Assembly: GCA_964057225.1 (NCBI GenBank)
Contig: OZ059900.1
Location: 2,356,001 to 2,420,000, forward strand
Length of the DNA: 64,000 bases
Source of the DNA: Auanema rhodensis
Lineage: Eukaryota; Animalia; Nematoda
Direction: 5' to 3'
Part shown: piece after piece, positions 29,501-45,600 of the stretch
Layout: every line of letters starts with the position of its first letter
Position numbering within the stretch: the first letter of the stretch is position 1
The notes under the pieces: generated by a model
Seen by the model: only the letters and a program-made list of their open reading frames with translations
The model's database searches: none
Told to the model about the DNA's origin: nothing
Position numbers and translations under genes: made by a program

Positions 29501-32500
29501 TATTTTTATGAGCTTGCACTGATATATATTCATTTTGATCAAAAAAGGTCGAAAATAGAAAGAATTTTTGAAATTTCCGAGTTTTGAGTCTAATTTGGCT
29601 AAATCGCTCATATATATGATCAAAAGCATAGTTTTACTGTCTATGATAACAAAAGTCTTCAAATATACACTAATAATGTGTAAATCACTGAAGTTCACTC
29701 AAATAGCTTTACTACACTAAGTATGGTCGTTTTTATGCCTTTAACACCATATACTCAACGATTTTTGGTACAAAATCTGTAATACTCGTAAATTTTGATC
29801 ATATTCGTTAAGATTTGAGAATCAAACACATAATACACGAAATAAGTTTATTTTTACAAGTTTGCACTGATATTTATTCATTTTGATCAAAAAAGGTCGA
29901 AAATAGAAAGAATTTTTGAAATTTCCGAGTTTTGAGTCTAATTTGGCTAAATCGCTCATATATATGATCAAAAGCATAGTTTTATTGTCTATGACAACAA
30001 AAGTCATCAATTAAACGCTGGTGATGTTTAAATACTGAATTTCGCTCAAATAGCATTACTACACTAAGTATGGTCGTTTTTATGCCTTTAACACCATATA
30101 CTCACCGATTTTTGGTACAAAATCTGTAATACTCGTAAATTTTGATCATATTCGTTAAGATTTGAGAATCAAACATACAATACACAAAATCAGTCTATTT
30201 TTATGAGCTTGCACTGATATATATTCATTTTGATCAAAAAAGGTCGAAAATAGAAAGAATTTTCGAATTTTCCGAGTTTTGAGTCCAATTGGGCTAAATC
30301 GCTCATATATATGATCAAAAGCATAGTTTTACTGTCTATGATAACAAAAGTCTTCAAATATACACTAATGATGTGTAAATCACTGAATTTCACTCAAATA
30401 GCTTTACTACACTAAGTATGGTCGTTTTTATGCCTTTAACACCATATACTCACCGATTTTTGGTACAAAATCTGTAATACTCGTAAATTTTGATCATATT
30501 CGTTAAGATTTGAGAATCAAACATACAATACACAAAATCAGTCTATTTTTATGAGCTTGCACTGATATATATTCATTTTGATCAAAAAAGGTCGAAAATA
30601 GAAAGAATTTTTGAAATTTCCGAGTTTTGAGTCTAATTTGGCTAAATCGCTCATATATATGATCAAAAGCATAGTTTTACTGTCTATGATAACAAAAGTC
30701 TTCAAATATACACTAATAATGTGTAAATCACTGAATTTCACTCAAATAGCTTTACTACACTAAGTATGGTCGTTTTTATGCCTTTAACACCATATACTCA
30801 ACGATTTTTGGTACAAAATCTGTAATACTCGTAAATTTTGATCATATTCGTTAAGATTTGAGAATCAAACATACAATACACAAAATCAGTCTATTTTTAT
30901 GAGCTTGCACTGATATATATTCATTTTGATCAAAAAAGGTCGAAAATAGAAAGAATTTTTGAAATTTCCGAGTTTTGAGTCTAATTTGGCTAAATCGCTC
31001 ATATACATGATCAGAAGCATAGTTTTATTGTCTATGACAACAAAAGTCATCAATTAAACGCTAGTGATGTTTAAATACTGATTTTCGCTCAAATAGCATT
31101 ACTACACTAAGTATGGTCGTTTTTATGCCTTTAACACCATATACTCACCGATTTTTGGTACAAAATCTGTAATACTCGTAAATTTTGATCATATTCGTTA
31201 AGATTTGAAAATCAAACACACAATAAACAAAATCAGTCTATTTTTATGAGTTTGCACTGATATATATTCATTTTGATCAAAAAAGGTCGAAAATAGAAAG
31301 AATTTTTGAATTTTCCGAGTTTTGAGTCCAATTGGGCTAAATCGCTCATATATATGATCAAAAGCATAGTTTTACTGTCTATGATAACAAAAGTCTTCAA
31401 ATATACACTAATAATGATTAAATCACTGAATTTCACTCAAATAGCATTACTACACTAAGTATGGTCGTTTTTATGCCTTTAACACCATATACTCACCGAT
31501 TTTTGGTACAAAATCTGTGATACTCGTAAATTTTGATCATATTCGTTAAGATTTGAAAATCAAACACACAATAAACAAAATCAGTCTATTTTTATGAGTT
31601 TGCACTGATATATATTCATTTTGATCAAAAAAGGTCGAAAATAGAAAGAATTTTTGAAATTTCCGAGTTTTGAGTCTAATTTGGCTAAATCGCTCATATA
31701 TAAGATCAAAAGCATAGTTTTACTGTCTATGATAACAAAAGTCTTCAAATATACACTAATAATGATTAAATCACTGATTTTCAGTCAAATAGCATTACTA
31801 CACTAAGTATGGTCGTTTTTATGCCTTTAACACCATATACTCACCGATTTTTGGTACAAAATCTGTAATACTCGTAAATTTCGATCATATTCGTTAAGAT
31901 TTGAAAATCAAACACACAATAAACAAAATCAGTCTATTTTTATGAGTTTGCACTGATATATATTCATTTTGATCAAAAAAGGTCGAAAATAGAAAGAATT
32001 TTTGAATTTTCCGAGTTTTGAGTCCAATTGGGCTAAATCGCTCATATATATGATCAAAAGCATAGTTTTACTGTCTATGATAACAAAAGTCTTCAAATAT
32101 ACACTAATAATGATTAAATCACTGATTTTCAGTCAAATAGCATTACTACACTAAGTATGGTCGTTTTTATGCCTTTAACACCATATACTCACCGATTTTT
32201 GGTACAAAATCTGTAATACTTGTAAATTTTGATCATATTTGTTAAGATTCGAGAATCAAACACATAATACACGAAATAAGTCTATTTTTACAAGTTTGCA
32301 CTGATATTTATTCATTTTGATCAAAAAAGGTCGAAAATAGAAAGAATTTTTGAAATTTCCGAGTTTTGAGTCTAATTTGGCTAAATCGCTCATATACATG
32401 ATCAGAAGCATAGTTTTATTGTCTATGACAACAAAAATCATCAATTAAACGCTAGTGATGTTTAAATACTGATTTTCGCTCAAATAGCATTACTACACTA

Positions 32501-35500
32501 AGTATGGTCGTTTTTATGCCTTTAACACCATATACTCACCGATTTTTGGTACAAAATCTGTAATACTCGTAAATTTTGATCATATTCGTTAAGATTTGAA
32601 AATCAAACACACAATAAACAAAATCAGTCTATTTTTATGAGTTTGCACTGATATATATTCATTTTGATCAAAAAAGGTCGAAAATAGAAAGAATTTTTGA
32701 ATTTTCCGAGTTTTGAGTCCAATTGGGCTAAATCGCTCATATATATGATCAAAAGCATAGTTTTACTGTCTATGATAACAAAAGTCTTCAAATATACACT
32801 AATAATGATTAAATCACTGATTTTCAGTCAAATAGCATTACTACACTAAGTATGGTCGTTTTTATGCCTTTAACACCATATACTCACCGATTTTTGGTAC
32901 AAAATCTGTAATACTTGTAAATTTTGATCATATTTGTTAAGATTCGAGAATCAAACACATAATACACGAAATAAGTCTATTTTTACAAGTTTGCACTGAT
33001 ATTTATTCATTTTGATCAAAAAAGGTCGAAAATAGAAAGAATTTTTGAAATTTCCGAGTTTTGAGTCCAATTTGGCTAAATCGCTCATATATATGATCAA
33101 AAGCATAGTTTTATTGTCTATAACAACAAAAGTCATCAATTAAACGCTAGTGATGTTTAAATACTGAATTTCGCTCAAATAGCATTACTACACTAAGTAT
33201 GGTCGTTTTTATGCCTTTAACACCATATACTCACCGATTTTTGGTACAAAATCTGTAATACTCGTAAATTTTGATCATATTCGTTAAGATTTGAGAATCA
33301 AACATACAATACACAAAATCAGTCTATTTTTATGAGCTTGCACTGATATATATTCATTTTGATCAAAAAAGGTCGAAAATAGAAAGAATTTTTGAAATTT
33401 CCGAGTTTTGAGTCTAATTTGGCTAAATCGCTCATATATATGATCAAAAGCATAGTTTTACTATCTATGATAACAAAAGTCTTCAAATATACACTAATAA
33501 TGTGTAAATCACTGAATTTCACTCAAATAGCTTTACTACACTAAGTATGGTCGTTTTTATGCCTTTAACACCATATACTCAACGATTTTTGGTACAAAAT
33601 CTGTAATACTCGTAAATTTTGATCATATTCGTTAAGATTTGAGAATCAAACATACAATACACAAAATCAGTCTATTTTTATGAGCTTGCACTGATATATA
33701 TTCATTTTGATCAAAAAAGGTCGAAAATAGAAAGAATTTTTGAAATTTCCGAGTTTTGAGTCTAATTTGGCTAAATCGCTCATATACATGATCAGAAGCA
33801 TAGTTTTATTGTCTATGACAACAAAAGTCATCAATTAAACGCTAGTGATGTTTAAATACTGATTTTCGCTCAAATAGCATTACTACACTAAGTATGGTCG
33901 TTTTTATGCCTTTAACACCATATACTCACCGATTTTTGGTACAAAATCTGTAATACTCGTAAATTTCGATCATATTCGTTAAGATTTGAAAATCAAACAT
34001 ACAATACACAAAATCAGTCTATTTTTATGAGCTTGCACTGATATATATTCATTTTGATCAAAAAAGGTCGAAAATAGAAAGAATTTTTGAAATTTCCGAG
34101 TTTTGAGTCTAATTTGGCTAAATCGCTCATATACATGATCAGAAGCATAGTTTTATTGTCTATGACAACAAAAGTCATCAATTAAACGCTAGTGATGTTT
34201 AAATACTGATTTTCGCTCAAATAGCATTACTACACTAAGTATGGTCGTTTTTATGCCTTTAACACCATATACTCACCGATTTTTGGTACAAAATCTGTAA
34301 TACTCGTAAATTTTGATCATATTCGTTAAGATTTGAAAATCAAACACACAATAAACAATATCAGTCTATTTTTATGAGTTTGCACTGATATATATTCATA
34401 TTGATCAAAAAAGGTCGAAAATAGAAAGAATTTTTGAATTTTCCGAGTTTTGAGTCCAATTGGGCTAAATCGCTCATATATATGATCAAAAGCATAGTTT
34501 TACTGTCTATGATAACAAAAGTTTTCAAATATACACTAATAATGATTAAATCACTGAATTTCACTCAAATAGCATTACTACACTAAGTATGGTCGTTTTT
34601 ATGCCTTTAACACCATATACTCACCGATTTTTGGTACAAAATCTGTAATACTCGTAAATTTTGATCATATTCGTTAAGATTTGAGAATCAAACATACAAT
34701 ACACAAAATCAGTCTATTTTTATGAGCCTGCACTGATATATATTCATTTTGATCAAAAAAGGTCGAAAATAGAAAGAATTTTTGAAATTTCCGAGTTTTG
34801 AGTCTAATTTGGCTAAATCGCTCATATATATGATCAAAAGCATAGTTTTACTGTCTATGATAACAAAAGTCTTCAAATATACACTAATAATGTGTAAATC
34901 ACTGAATTTCACTCAAATAGCTTTACTACACTAAGTATGGTCGTTTTTATGCCTTTAACACCATATACTCAACGATTTTTGGTACAAAATCTGTAATACT
35001 CGTAAATTTTGATCATATTCGTTAAGATTTGAGAATCAAACATACAATACACAAAATCAGTCTATTTTTATGAGCTTGCACTGATATATATTCATTTTGA
35101 TCAAAAAAGGTCGAAAATAGAAAGAATTTTTGAAATTTCCGAGTTTTGAGTCTAATTTGGCTAAATCGCTCATATATATGATCAAAAGCATAGTTTTACT
35201 GTCTATGATAACAAAAGTCTTCAAATATACACTAATAATGTGTAAATCACTGAATTTCACTCAAATAGCTTTACTACACTAAGTATGGTCGTTTTTATGC
35301 CTTTAACACCATATACTCAACGATTTTTGGTACAAAATCTGTAATACTCGTAAATTTTGATCATATTCGTTAAGATTTGAGAATCAAACATACAATACAC
35401 AAAATCAGTCTATTTTTATGAGCTTGCACTGATATATATTCATTTTGATCAAAAAAGGTCGAAAATAGAAAGAATTTTTGAAATTTCCGAGTTTTGAGTC

Positions 35501-37819
35501 TAATTTGGCTAAATCGCTCATATACATGATCAGAAGCATAGTTTTATTGTCTATGACAACAAAAGTCATCAATTAAACGCTAGTGATGTTTAAATACTGA
35601 TTTTCGCTCAAATAGCATTACTACACTAAGTATGGTCGTTTTTATGCCTTTAACACCATATACTCACCGATTTTTGGTACAAAATCTGTAATACTCGTAA
35701 ATTTCGATCATATTCGTTAAGAATTGAAAATCAAACACACAATAAACAAAATCGGTCTATTTTTATGAGTTTGCACTGATATATATTCATTTTGATCAAA
35801 AAAGGTCGAAAATAGAAAGAATTTTTGAATTTTCCGAGTTTTGAGTCCAATTGGGCTAAATCGCTCATATATATGATCAAAAGCATAGTTTTACTGTCTA
35901 TGATAACAAAAGTCTTCAAATATACACTAATAATGATTAAATCACTGAATTTCACTCAAATAGCATTACTACACTAAGTATGGTCGTTTTTCTGCCTTTA
36001 ACACCATATACTCACCGATTTTTGGTACAAAATCTGTGATACTTGTAAATTTTGATCATATTCGTTAAGATTTGAAAATCAAACACACAATAAACAAAAT
36101 CAGTCTATTTTTATGAGTTTGCACTGATATATATTCATTTTAAACAAAAAAGGTCGAAAATAGAAAGAATTTTTGAAATTTCCGAGTTTTGAGTCTAATT
36201 TGGCTAAATCGCTCATATATAAGATCAAAAGCATAGTTTTACTGTCTATGATAACAAAAGTCTTCAAATTTACACTAATAATGTGTAAATCACTGAATTT
36301 CACTCAAATAGCTTTACTACACTAAGTATGGTCGTTTTTATGCCTTTAACACCATATACTCACCGATTTTTGGTACAAAATCTGTAATACTCGTAAATTT
36401 TGATCATATTCGTTAAGATTTGAGAATCAAACATACAATACACAAAATCAGTCTATTTTTATGAGCTTGCACTGATATATATTCATTTTGATCAAAAAAG
36501 GTCGAAAATAGAAAGAATTTTTGAAATTTCCGAGTTTTGAGTCTAATTTGGCTAAATCGCTCATATATATGATCAAAAGCATAGTTTTACTGTCTATGAT
36601 AACAAAAGTCTTCAAATATACACTAATAATGTGTAAATCACTGAATTTCACTCAAATAGCTTTACTACACTAAGTATGGTCGTTTTTATGCCTTTAACAC
36701 CATATACTCAACGATTTTTGGTACAAAATCTGTAATACTCGTAAATTTTGATCATATTCGTTAAGATTTGAGAATCAAACATACAATACACAAAATCAGT
36801 CTATTTTTATGAGCTTGCACTGATATATATTCATTTTGATCAAAAAAGGTCGAAAATAGAAAGAATTTTTGAAATTTCCGAGTTTTGAGTCTAATTTGGC
36901 TAAATCGCTCATATATATGATCAAAAGCATAGTTTTACTGTCTATGATAACAAAAGTCTTCAAATATACACTAATAATGTGTAAATCACTGAATTTCACT
37001 CAAATAGCTTTACTACACTAAGTATGGTCGTTTTTATGCCTTTAACACCATATACTCAACGATTTTTGGTACAAAATCTGTAATACTCGTAAATTTTGAT
37101 CATATTCGTTAAGATTTGAGAATCAAACATACAATACACAAAATCAGTCTATTTTTATGAGCTTGCACTGATATATATTCATTTTGATCAAAAAAGGTCG
37201 AAAATAGAAAGAATTTTTGAAATTTCCGAGTTTTGAGTCTAATTTGGCTAAATCGCTCATATACATGATCAGAAGCATAGTTTTATTGTCTATGACAACA
37301 AAAGTCATCAATTAAACGCTAGTGATGTTTAAATACTGATTTTCGCTCAAATAGCATTACTACACTAAGTATGGTCGTTTTTATGCCTTTAACACCATAT
37401 ACTCACCGATTTTTGGTACAAAATCTGTAATACTCGTAAATTTTGATCATATTCGTTAAGATTTGAAAATCAAACACACAATAAACAATATCAGTCTATT
37501 TTTATGAGTTTGCACTGATATATATTCATATTGATCAAAAAAGGTCGAAAATAGAAAGAATTTTTGAATTTTCCGAGTTTTGAGTCCAATTGGGCTAAAT
37601 CGCTCATATATATGATCAAAAGCATAGTTTTACTGTCTATGATAACAAAAGTCTTCAAATATACACTAATAATGATTAAATCACTGAATTTCACTCAAAT
37701 AGCATTACTACACTAAGTATGGTCGTTTTTATGCCTTTAACACCATATACTCACCGATTTTTGGTACAAAATCTGTGATACTCGTAAATTTTGATCATAT
37801 TCGTTAAGATTTGAAAATC

Positions 37820-40800
37820 AAACACACAATAAACAAAATCAGTCTATTTTTATGAGTTTGCACTGATATATATTCATTTTAAACAAAAAAGGTCGAAAAT
37901 AGAAAGAATTTTTGAAATTTCCGAGTTTTGAGTCTAATTTGGCTAAATCGCTCATATATAAGATCAAAAGCATAGTTTTACTGTCTATGATAACAAAAGT
38001 CTTCAAATTTACACTAATAATGTGTAAATCACTGAATTTCACTCAAATAGCTTTACTACACTAAGTATGGTCGTTTTTATGCCTTTAACACCATATACTC
38101 ACCGATTTTTGGTACAAAATCTGTAATACTCGTAAATTTTGATCATATTCGTTAAGATTTGAGAATCAAACATACAATACACAAAATCAGTCTATTTTTA
38201 CAAGTTTGCACTGATATATATTCATTTTGATCAAAAAAGGTCGAAAATAGAAAGAATTTTTGAATTTTCCGAGTTTTGAGTCCAATTGGGCTAAATCGCT
38301 CATATATATGATCAAAAGCATAGTTTTACTGTCTATGATAACAAAAGTCTTCAAATATACACTAATAATGATTAAATCACTGAATTTCACTCAAATAGCA
38401 TTACTACACTAAGTATGGTCGTTTTTATGCCTTTAACACCATATACTCACCGATTTTTGGTACAAAATCTGTAATACTCGTGAATTTTGATCATATTCGT
38501 TAAGATTTGAAAATCAAACACACAATAAACAAAATCAGTCTATTTTTACAAGTTTGCACTGATATATATTCATTTTGATCAAAAAAGGTCGAAAATAGAA
38601 AGAATTTTGGAATTTTCCGAGTTTTGAGTCCAATTGGGCTAAATCGCTCATATATATGATCAAAAGCATAGTTTTACTGTCTATGATAACAAAAGTCTTC
38701 AAATATACACTAATAATGATTAAATCACTGAATTTCACTCAAATAGCATTACTACACTAAGTATGGTCGTTTTTATGCCTTTAACACCATATACTCACCG
38801 ATTTTTGGTACAAAATCTGTGATACTCGTAAATTTTGATCATATTCGTTAAGATTTGAGAATCAAACATACAATACACAAAATCAGTCTATTTTTATGAG
38901 CTTGCACTGATATATATTCATTTTGATCAAAAAAGGTCGAAAATAGAAAGAATTTTTGAAATTTCCGAGTTTTGAGTCTAATTTGGCTAAATCGCTCATA
39001 TATATGATCAAAAGCATAGTTTTACTGTCTATGATAACAAAAGTCTTCAAATATACACTAATAATGATTAAATCACTGATTTTCAGTCAAATAGCATTAC
39101 TACACTAAGTATGGTCGTTTTTATGCCTTTAACACCATATACTCACCGATTTTTGGTTCAAAATCTGTAATACTTGTAAATTTTGATCATATTTGTTAAG
39201 ATTCGAGAATCAAACACATAATACACGAAATAAGTCTATTTTTACAAGTTTGCACTGATATTTATTCATTTTGATCAAAAAAGGTCGAAAATAGAAAGAA
39301 TTTTTGAAATTTCCGAGTTTTGAGTCCAATTTGGCTAAATCGCTCATATATAAGATCAAAAGCATAGTTTTATTGTCTATAACAACAAAAGTCATCAATT
39401 AAACGCTAGTGATATTTAAATACTGATTTTCGCTCAAGTAGCATTACTACACTAAGTATGGTCGTTTTTATGCCTTTAACACCATATACTCACCGATTTT
39501 TGGTACAAAATCTGTAATACTTGTAAATTTTGATCATATTCGTTAAGATTTGAGAATCGAACATACAATACACAAAATCAGTCTATTTTTACAAGTTTGC
39601 ACTGATATTTATTCATTCTGATCAAAAAAGGTCGAAAATAGAAAGAATTTTTGAAATTTCCGAGTTTTGAGTCCAATTTGGCTAAATCGCTCATATATAT
39701 GATCAAAAGCATAGTTTTATTGTCTATGACAACAAAAGTCATCAATTAAACGCTAGTGATATTTAAATACTGATTTTCGCTCAAGTAGCATTACTACACT
39801 AAGTATGGTCGTTTTTATGCCTTTAACACCATATACTCACCGATTTTTGGTACAAAATCTGTAATACTCGTAAAATTTGATCATATTTGTTAAGATTTGA
39901 GAATCAAACACACAATACACAAAATCAGTCTATTTTTATGAGTTTACACTGATATATCTTCATTTTCATCAAAAAAGGTCGAAAATAGAAAGAATTTTTG
40001 AATTTTCCGAGTTTTGAGTCGAATTGGGCTAAATCGCTCATATATATGATCAAAAGCATAGTTTTACTGTCTATGATAACAAAAGTCTTCAAATATACAC
40101 TAATAATGATTAAATCACTGAATTTCACTCAAATAGCATTACTACACTAAGTATGGTCGTTTTTATGCCTTTAACACCATATACTCACCGATTTTTGGTA
40201 CAAAATCTGTAATACTTGTAAATTTTGATCATATTTGTTAAGATTCGAGAATCAAACACACAATAAACAAAATCAGTCTATTTTTATGAGTTTGCACTGA
40301 TATATATTCATTTTAAACAAAAAAGGTCGAAAATAGAAAGAATTTTTGAAATTTCCGAGTTTTGAGTCTAATTTGGCTAAATCGCTCATATATAAGATCA
40401 AAAGCATAGTTTTACTGTCTATGATAACAAAAGTCTTCAAATTTACACTAATAATGTGTAAATCACTGAATTTCACTCAAATAGCTTTACTACACTAAGT
40501 ATGGTCGTTTTTATGCCTTTAACACCATATACTCACCGATTTTTGGTACAAAATCTGTAATACTCGTAAATTTTGATCATATTCGTTAAGATTTGAGAAT
40601 CAAACATACAATACACAAAATCAGTCTATTTTTACAAGTTTGCACTGATATATATTCATTTTGATCAAAAAAGGTCGAAAATAGAAAGAATTTTTGAATT
40701 TTCCGAGTTTTGAGTCCAATTGGGCTAAATCGCTCATATATATGATCAAAAGCATAGTTTTACTGTCTATGATAACAAAAGTCTTCAAATATACACTAAT

Positions 40801-42690
40801 AATGATTAAATCACTGAATTTCACTCAAATAGCATTACTACACTAAGTATGGTCGTTTTTATGCCTTTAACACCATATACTCACCGATTTTTGGTACAAA
40901 ATCTGTAATACTCGTGAATTTTGATCATATTCGTTAAGATTTGAAAATCAAACACACAATAAACAAAATCAGTCTATTTTTACAAGTTTGCACTGATATA
41001 TATTCATTTTGATCAAAAAAGGTCGAAAATAGAAAGAATTTTTGAATTTTCCGAGTTTTGAGTCCAATTGGGCTAAATCGCTCATATATATGATCAAAAG
41101 CATAGTTTTACTGTCTATGATAACAAAAGTCTTCAAATATACACTAATAATGATTAAATCACTGAATTTCACTCAAATAGCATTACTACACTAAGTATGG
41201 TCGTTTTTATGCCTTTAACACCATATACTCACCGATTTTTGGTACAAAATCTGTGATACTCGTAAATTTTGATCATATTCGTTAAGATTTGAGAATCAAA
41301 CATACAATACACAAAATCAGTCTATTTTTATGAGCTTGCACTGATATATATTCATTTTGATCAAAAAAGGTCGAAAATAGAAAGAATTTTTGAAATTTCC
41401 GAGTTTTGAGTCTAATTTGGCTAAATCGCTCATATATATGATCAAAAGCATAGTTTTACTGTCTATGATAACAAAAGTCTTCAAATATACACTAATAATG
41501 ATTAAATCACTGATTTTCAGTCAAATAGCATTACTACACTAAGTATGGTCGTTTTTATGCCTTTAACACCATATACTCACCGATTTTTGGTTCAAAATCT
41601 GTAATACTTGTAAATTTTGATCATATTTGTTAAGATTCGAGAATCAAACACATAATACACGAAATAAGTCTATTTTTACAAGTTTGCACTGATATTTATT
41701 CATTTTGATCAAAAAAGGTCGAAAATAGAAAGAATTTTTGAAATTTCCGAGTTTTGAGTCCAATTTGGCTAAATCGCTCATATATAAGATCAAAAGCATA
41801 GTTTTATTGTCTATAACAACAAAAGTCATCAATTAAACGCTAGTGATATTTAAATACTGATTTTCGCTCAAGTAGCATTACTACACTAAGTATGGTCGTT
41901 TTTATGCCTTTAACACCATATACTCACCGATTTTTGGTACAAAATCTGTAATACTTGTAAATTTTGATCATATTCGTTAAGATTTGAGAATCGAACATAC
42001 AATACACAAAATCAGTCTATTTTTACAAGTTTGCACTGATATTTATTCATTTTGATCAAAAAAGGTCGAAAATAGAAAGAATTTTTGAAATTTCCGAGTT
42101 TTGAGTCCAATTTGGCTAAATCGCTCATATATATGATCAAAAGCATAGTTTTATTGTCTATGACAACAAAAGTCATCAATTAAACGCTAGTGATATTTAA
42201 ATACTGATTTTCGCTCAAGTAGCATTACTACACTAAGTATGGTCGTTTTTATGCCTTTAACACCATATACTCACCGATTTTTGGTACAAAATCTGTAATA
42301 CTCGTAAAATTTGATCATATTTGTTAAGATTTGAGAATCAAACACACAATACACAAAATCAGTCTATTTTTATGAGTTTACACTGATATATCTTCATTTT
42401 CATCAAAAAAGGTCGAAAATAGAAAGAATTTTTGAATTTTCCGAGTTTTGAGTCGAATTGGGCTAAATCGCTCATATATATGATCAAAAGCATAGTTTTA
42501 CTGTCTATGATAAGAAAAGTCTTCAAATATACACTAATAATGATTAAATCACTGAATTTCACTCAAATAGCATTACTACACTAAGTATGGTCGTTTTTAT
42601 GCCTTTAACACCATATACTCACCGATTTTTGGTACAAAATCTGTAATACTTGTAAATTTTGATCATATTTGTTAAGATTCGAGAATCAAA
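37820..42690. repeat. 7-monomer higher-order repeat, period 2434 bp, 2 tandem copies (cluster 2)
   Basis: ORF pairs 37839/40273, 38187/40621, 39210/41644 and 39925/42359 differ by 2434. The offset from cluster 1 is 19118. Confidence 0.93.
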
Positions 42691-45600
42691 CACATAATAC
42701 ACAAAATAAGTCTATTTTTACAAGTTTGCACTGATATTTATTCATTTTGATCAAAAAAGGTCGAAAATAGAAAGAATTTTTGAAATTTCCGAGTTTTGAG
42801 TCCAATTTGGCTAAATCGCTCATATATATGATCAAAAGCATAGTTTTATTGTCTATAACAACAAAAGTCATCAATTAAACGCTAGTGATGTTTAAATACT
42901 GAACTTCGCTCAAATAGCATTACTACACTAAGTATGGTCGTTTTTATGCCTTTAACACCATATACTCACCGATTTTTGGTACAAAATCTGTAATACTCGT
43001 AAATTTTGATCATATTCGTTAAGATTTGAGAATCAAACATACAATAAACAAAATCAGTCTATTTTTATGAGCTTGCACTGATATATATTCATTTTGATCA
43101 AAAAAGGTCGAAAATAGAAAGAATTTTTGAAATTTCCGAGTTTTGAGTCTAATTTGGCTAAATCGCTCATATATATGATCAAAAGCATAGTTTTATTGTC
43201 TATAACAACAAAAGTCATCAATTAAACGCTAGTGATGTTTAAATACTGAATTTCGCTCAAGTAGCATTACTACACTAAGTATGGTCGTTTTTATGCCTTT
43301 AACACCATATACTCACCGATTTTTGGTACAAAATCTGTAATACTCGTAAAATTTGATCATATTTGTTAAGATTTGAGAATCAAACACACAATACACAAAA
43401 TCAGTCTATTTTTATGAGTTTACACTGATATATATTCATTTTTATCAAAAAAGGTCGAAAATAGAAAGAATTTTTGAATTTTCCGAGTTTTGAGTCGAAT
43501 TGGGCTAAATCGCTCATATATATGATCAAAAGCATAGTTTTACTGTCTATGATAACAAAAGTCTTCAAATATACACTAATAATGATTAAATCACTGAATT
43601 TCACTCAAATAGCATTACTACACTAAGTATGGTCGTTTTTATGCCTTTAACACCATATACTCACCGATTTTTGGTACAAAATCTGTAATACTTGTAAATT
43701 TTGATCATATTTGTTAAGATTCGAGAATCAAACACATAATACACAAAATAAGTCTATTTTTACAAGTTTGCACTGATATTTATTCATTTTGATCAAAAAA
43801 GGTCGAAAATAGAAAGAATTTTTGAAATTTCCGAGTTTTGAGTCCAATTTGGCTAAATCGCTCATATATAAGATCAAAAGCATAGTTTTATTGTCTATAA
43901 CAACAAAAGTCATCAATTAAACGCTAGTGATATTTAAATACTGAACTTCGCTCAAGTAGCATTACTACACTAAGTATGGTCGTTTTTATGCCTTTAACAC
44001 CATATACTCACCGATTTTTGGTACAAAATCTGTAATACTTGTAAATTTTGATCATATTCGTTAAGATTTGAGAATCGAACATACAATACACAAAATCAGT
44101 CTATTTTTACAAGTTTGCACTGATATTTATTCATTTTGATCAAAAAAGGTCGAAAATAGAAAGAATTTTTGAAATTTCCGAGTTTTGAGTCCAATTTGGC
44201 TAAATCGCTCATATATATGATCAAAAGCATAGTTTTATTGTCTATGACAACAAAAGTCATCAATTAAACGCTAGTGATATTTAAATACTGATTTTCGCTC
44301 AAGTAGCATTACTACACTAAGTATGGTCGTTTTTATGCCTTTAACACCATATACTCACCGATTTTTGGTACAAAATCTGTAATACTCGTAAAATTTGATC
44401 ATATTTGTTAAGATTTGAGAATCAAACACACAATACACAAAATCAGTCTATTTTTATGAGTTTACACTGATATATATTCATTTTTATCAAAAAAGGTCGA
44501 AAATAGAAAGAATTTTTGAATTTTCCGAGTTTTGAGTCGAATTGGGCTAAATCGCTCATATATATGATCAAAAGCATAGTTTTACTGTCTATGATAACAA
44601 AAGTCTTCAAATATACACTAATAATGATTAAATCACTGAATTTCACTCAAATAGCATTACTACACTAAGTATGGTCGTTTTTATGCCTTTAACACCATAT
44701 ACTCACCGATTTTTGGTACAAAATCTGTAATACTTGTAAATTTTGATCATATTTGTTAAGATTCGAGAATCAAACACATAATACACAAAATAAGTCTATT
44801 TTTACAAGTTTGCACTGATATTTATTCATTTTGATCAAAAAAGGTCGAAAATAGAAAGAATTTTTGAAATTTCCGAGTTTTGAGTCCAATTTGGCTAAAT
44901 CGCTCATATATATGATCAAAAGCATAGTTTTATTGTCTATAACAACAAAAGTCATCAATTAAACGCTAGTGATGTTTAAATACTGAATTTCGCTCAAATA
45001 GCATTACTACACTAAGTATGGTCGTTTTTATGCCTTTAACACCATATACTCACCGATTTTTGGTACAAAATCTGTAATACTCGTAAATTTTGATCATATT
45101 CGTTAAGATTTGAGAATCAAACATACAATACACAAAATCAGTCTATTTTTATGAGCTTGCACTGATATATATTCATTTTGATCAAAAAAGGTCGAAAATA
45201 GAAAGAATTTTTGAAATTTCCGAGTTTTGAGTCTAATTTGGCTAAATCGCTCATATATATGATCAAAAGCATAGTTTTATTGTCTATGACAACAAAAGTC
45301 ATCAATTAAACGCTAGTGATGTTTAAATACTGAATTTCGCTCAAATAGCATTACTACACTAAGTATGGTCGTTTTTATGCCTTTAACACCATATACTCAC
45401 CGATTTTTGGTACAAAATCTGTAATACTCGTAAATTTTGATCATATTCGGTGAGATTCGAGAATCAAACACACAATACACGAAATAAGTTTATTTTGACG
45501 AGTTTGCACTGGTATTTATTCATTTTGATCAAAAAAGGTCGAAAATAGAAAGAATTTTTGAATTTTCCGAGTTTTGAGTCCAATTTGGCTAAATCGCTCA

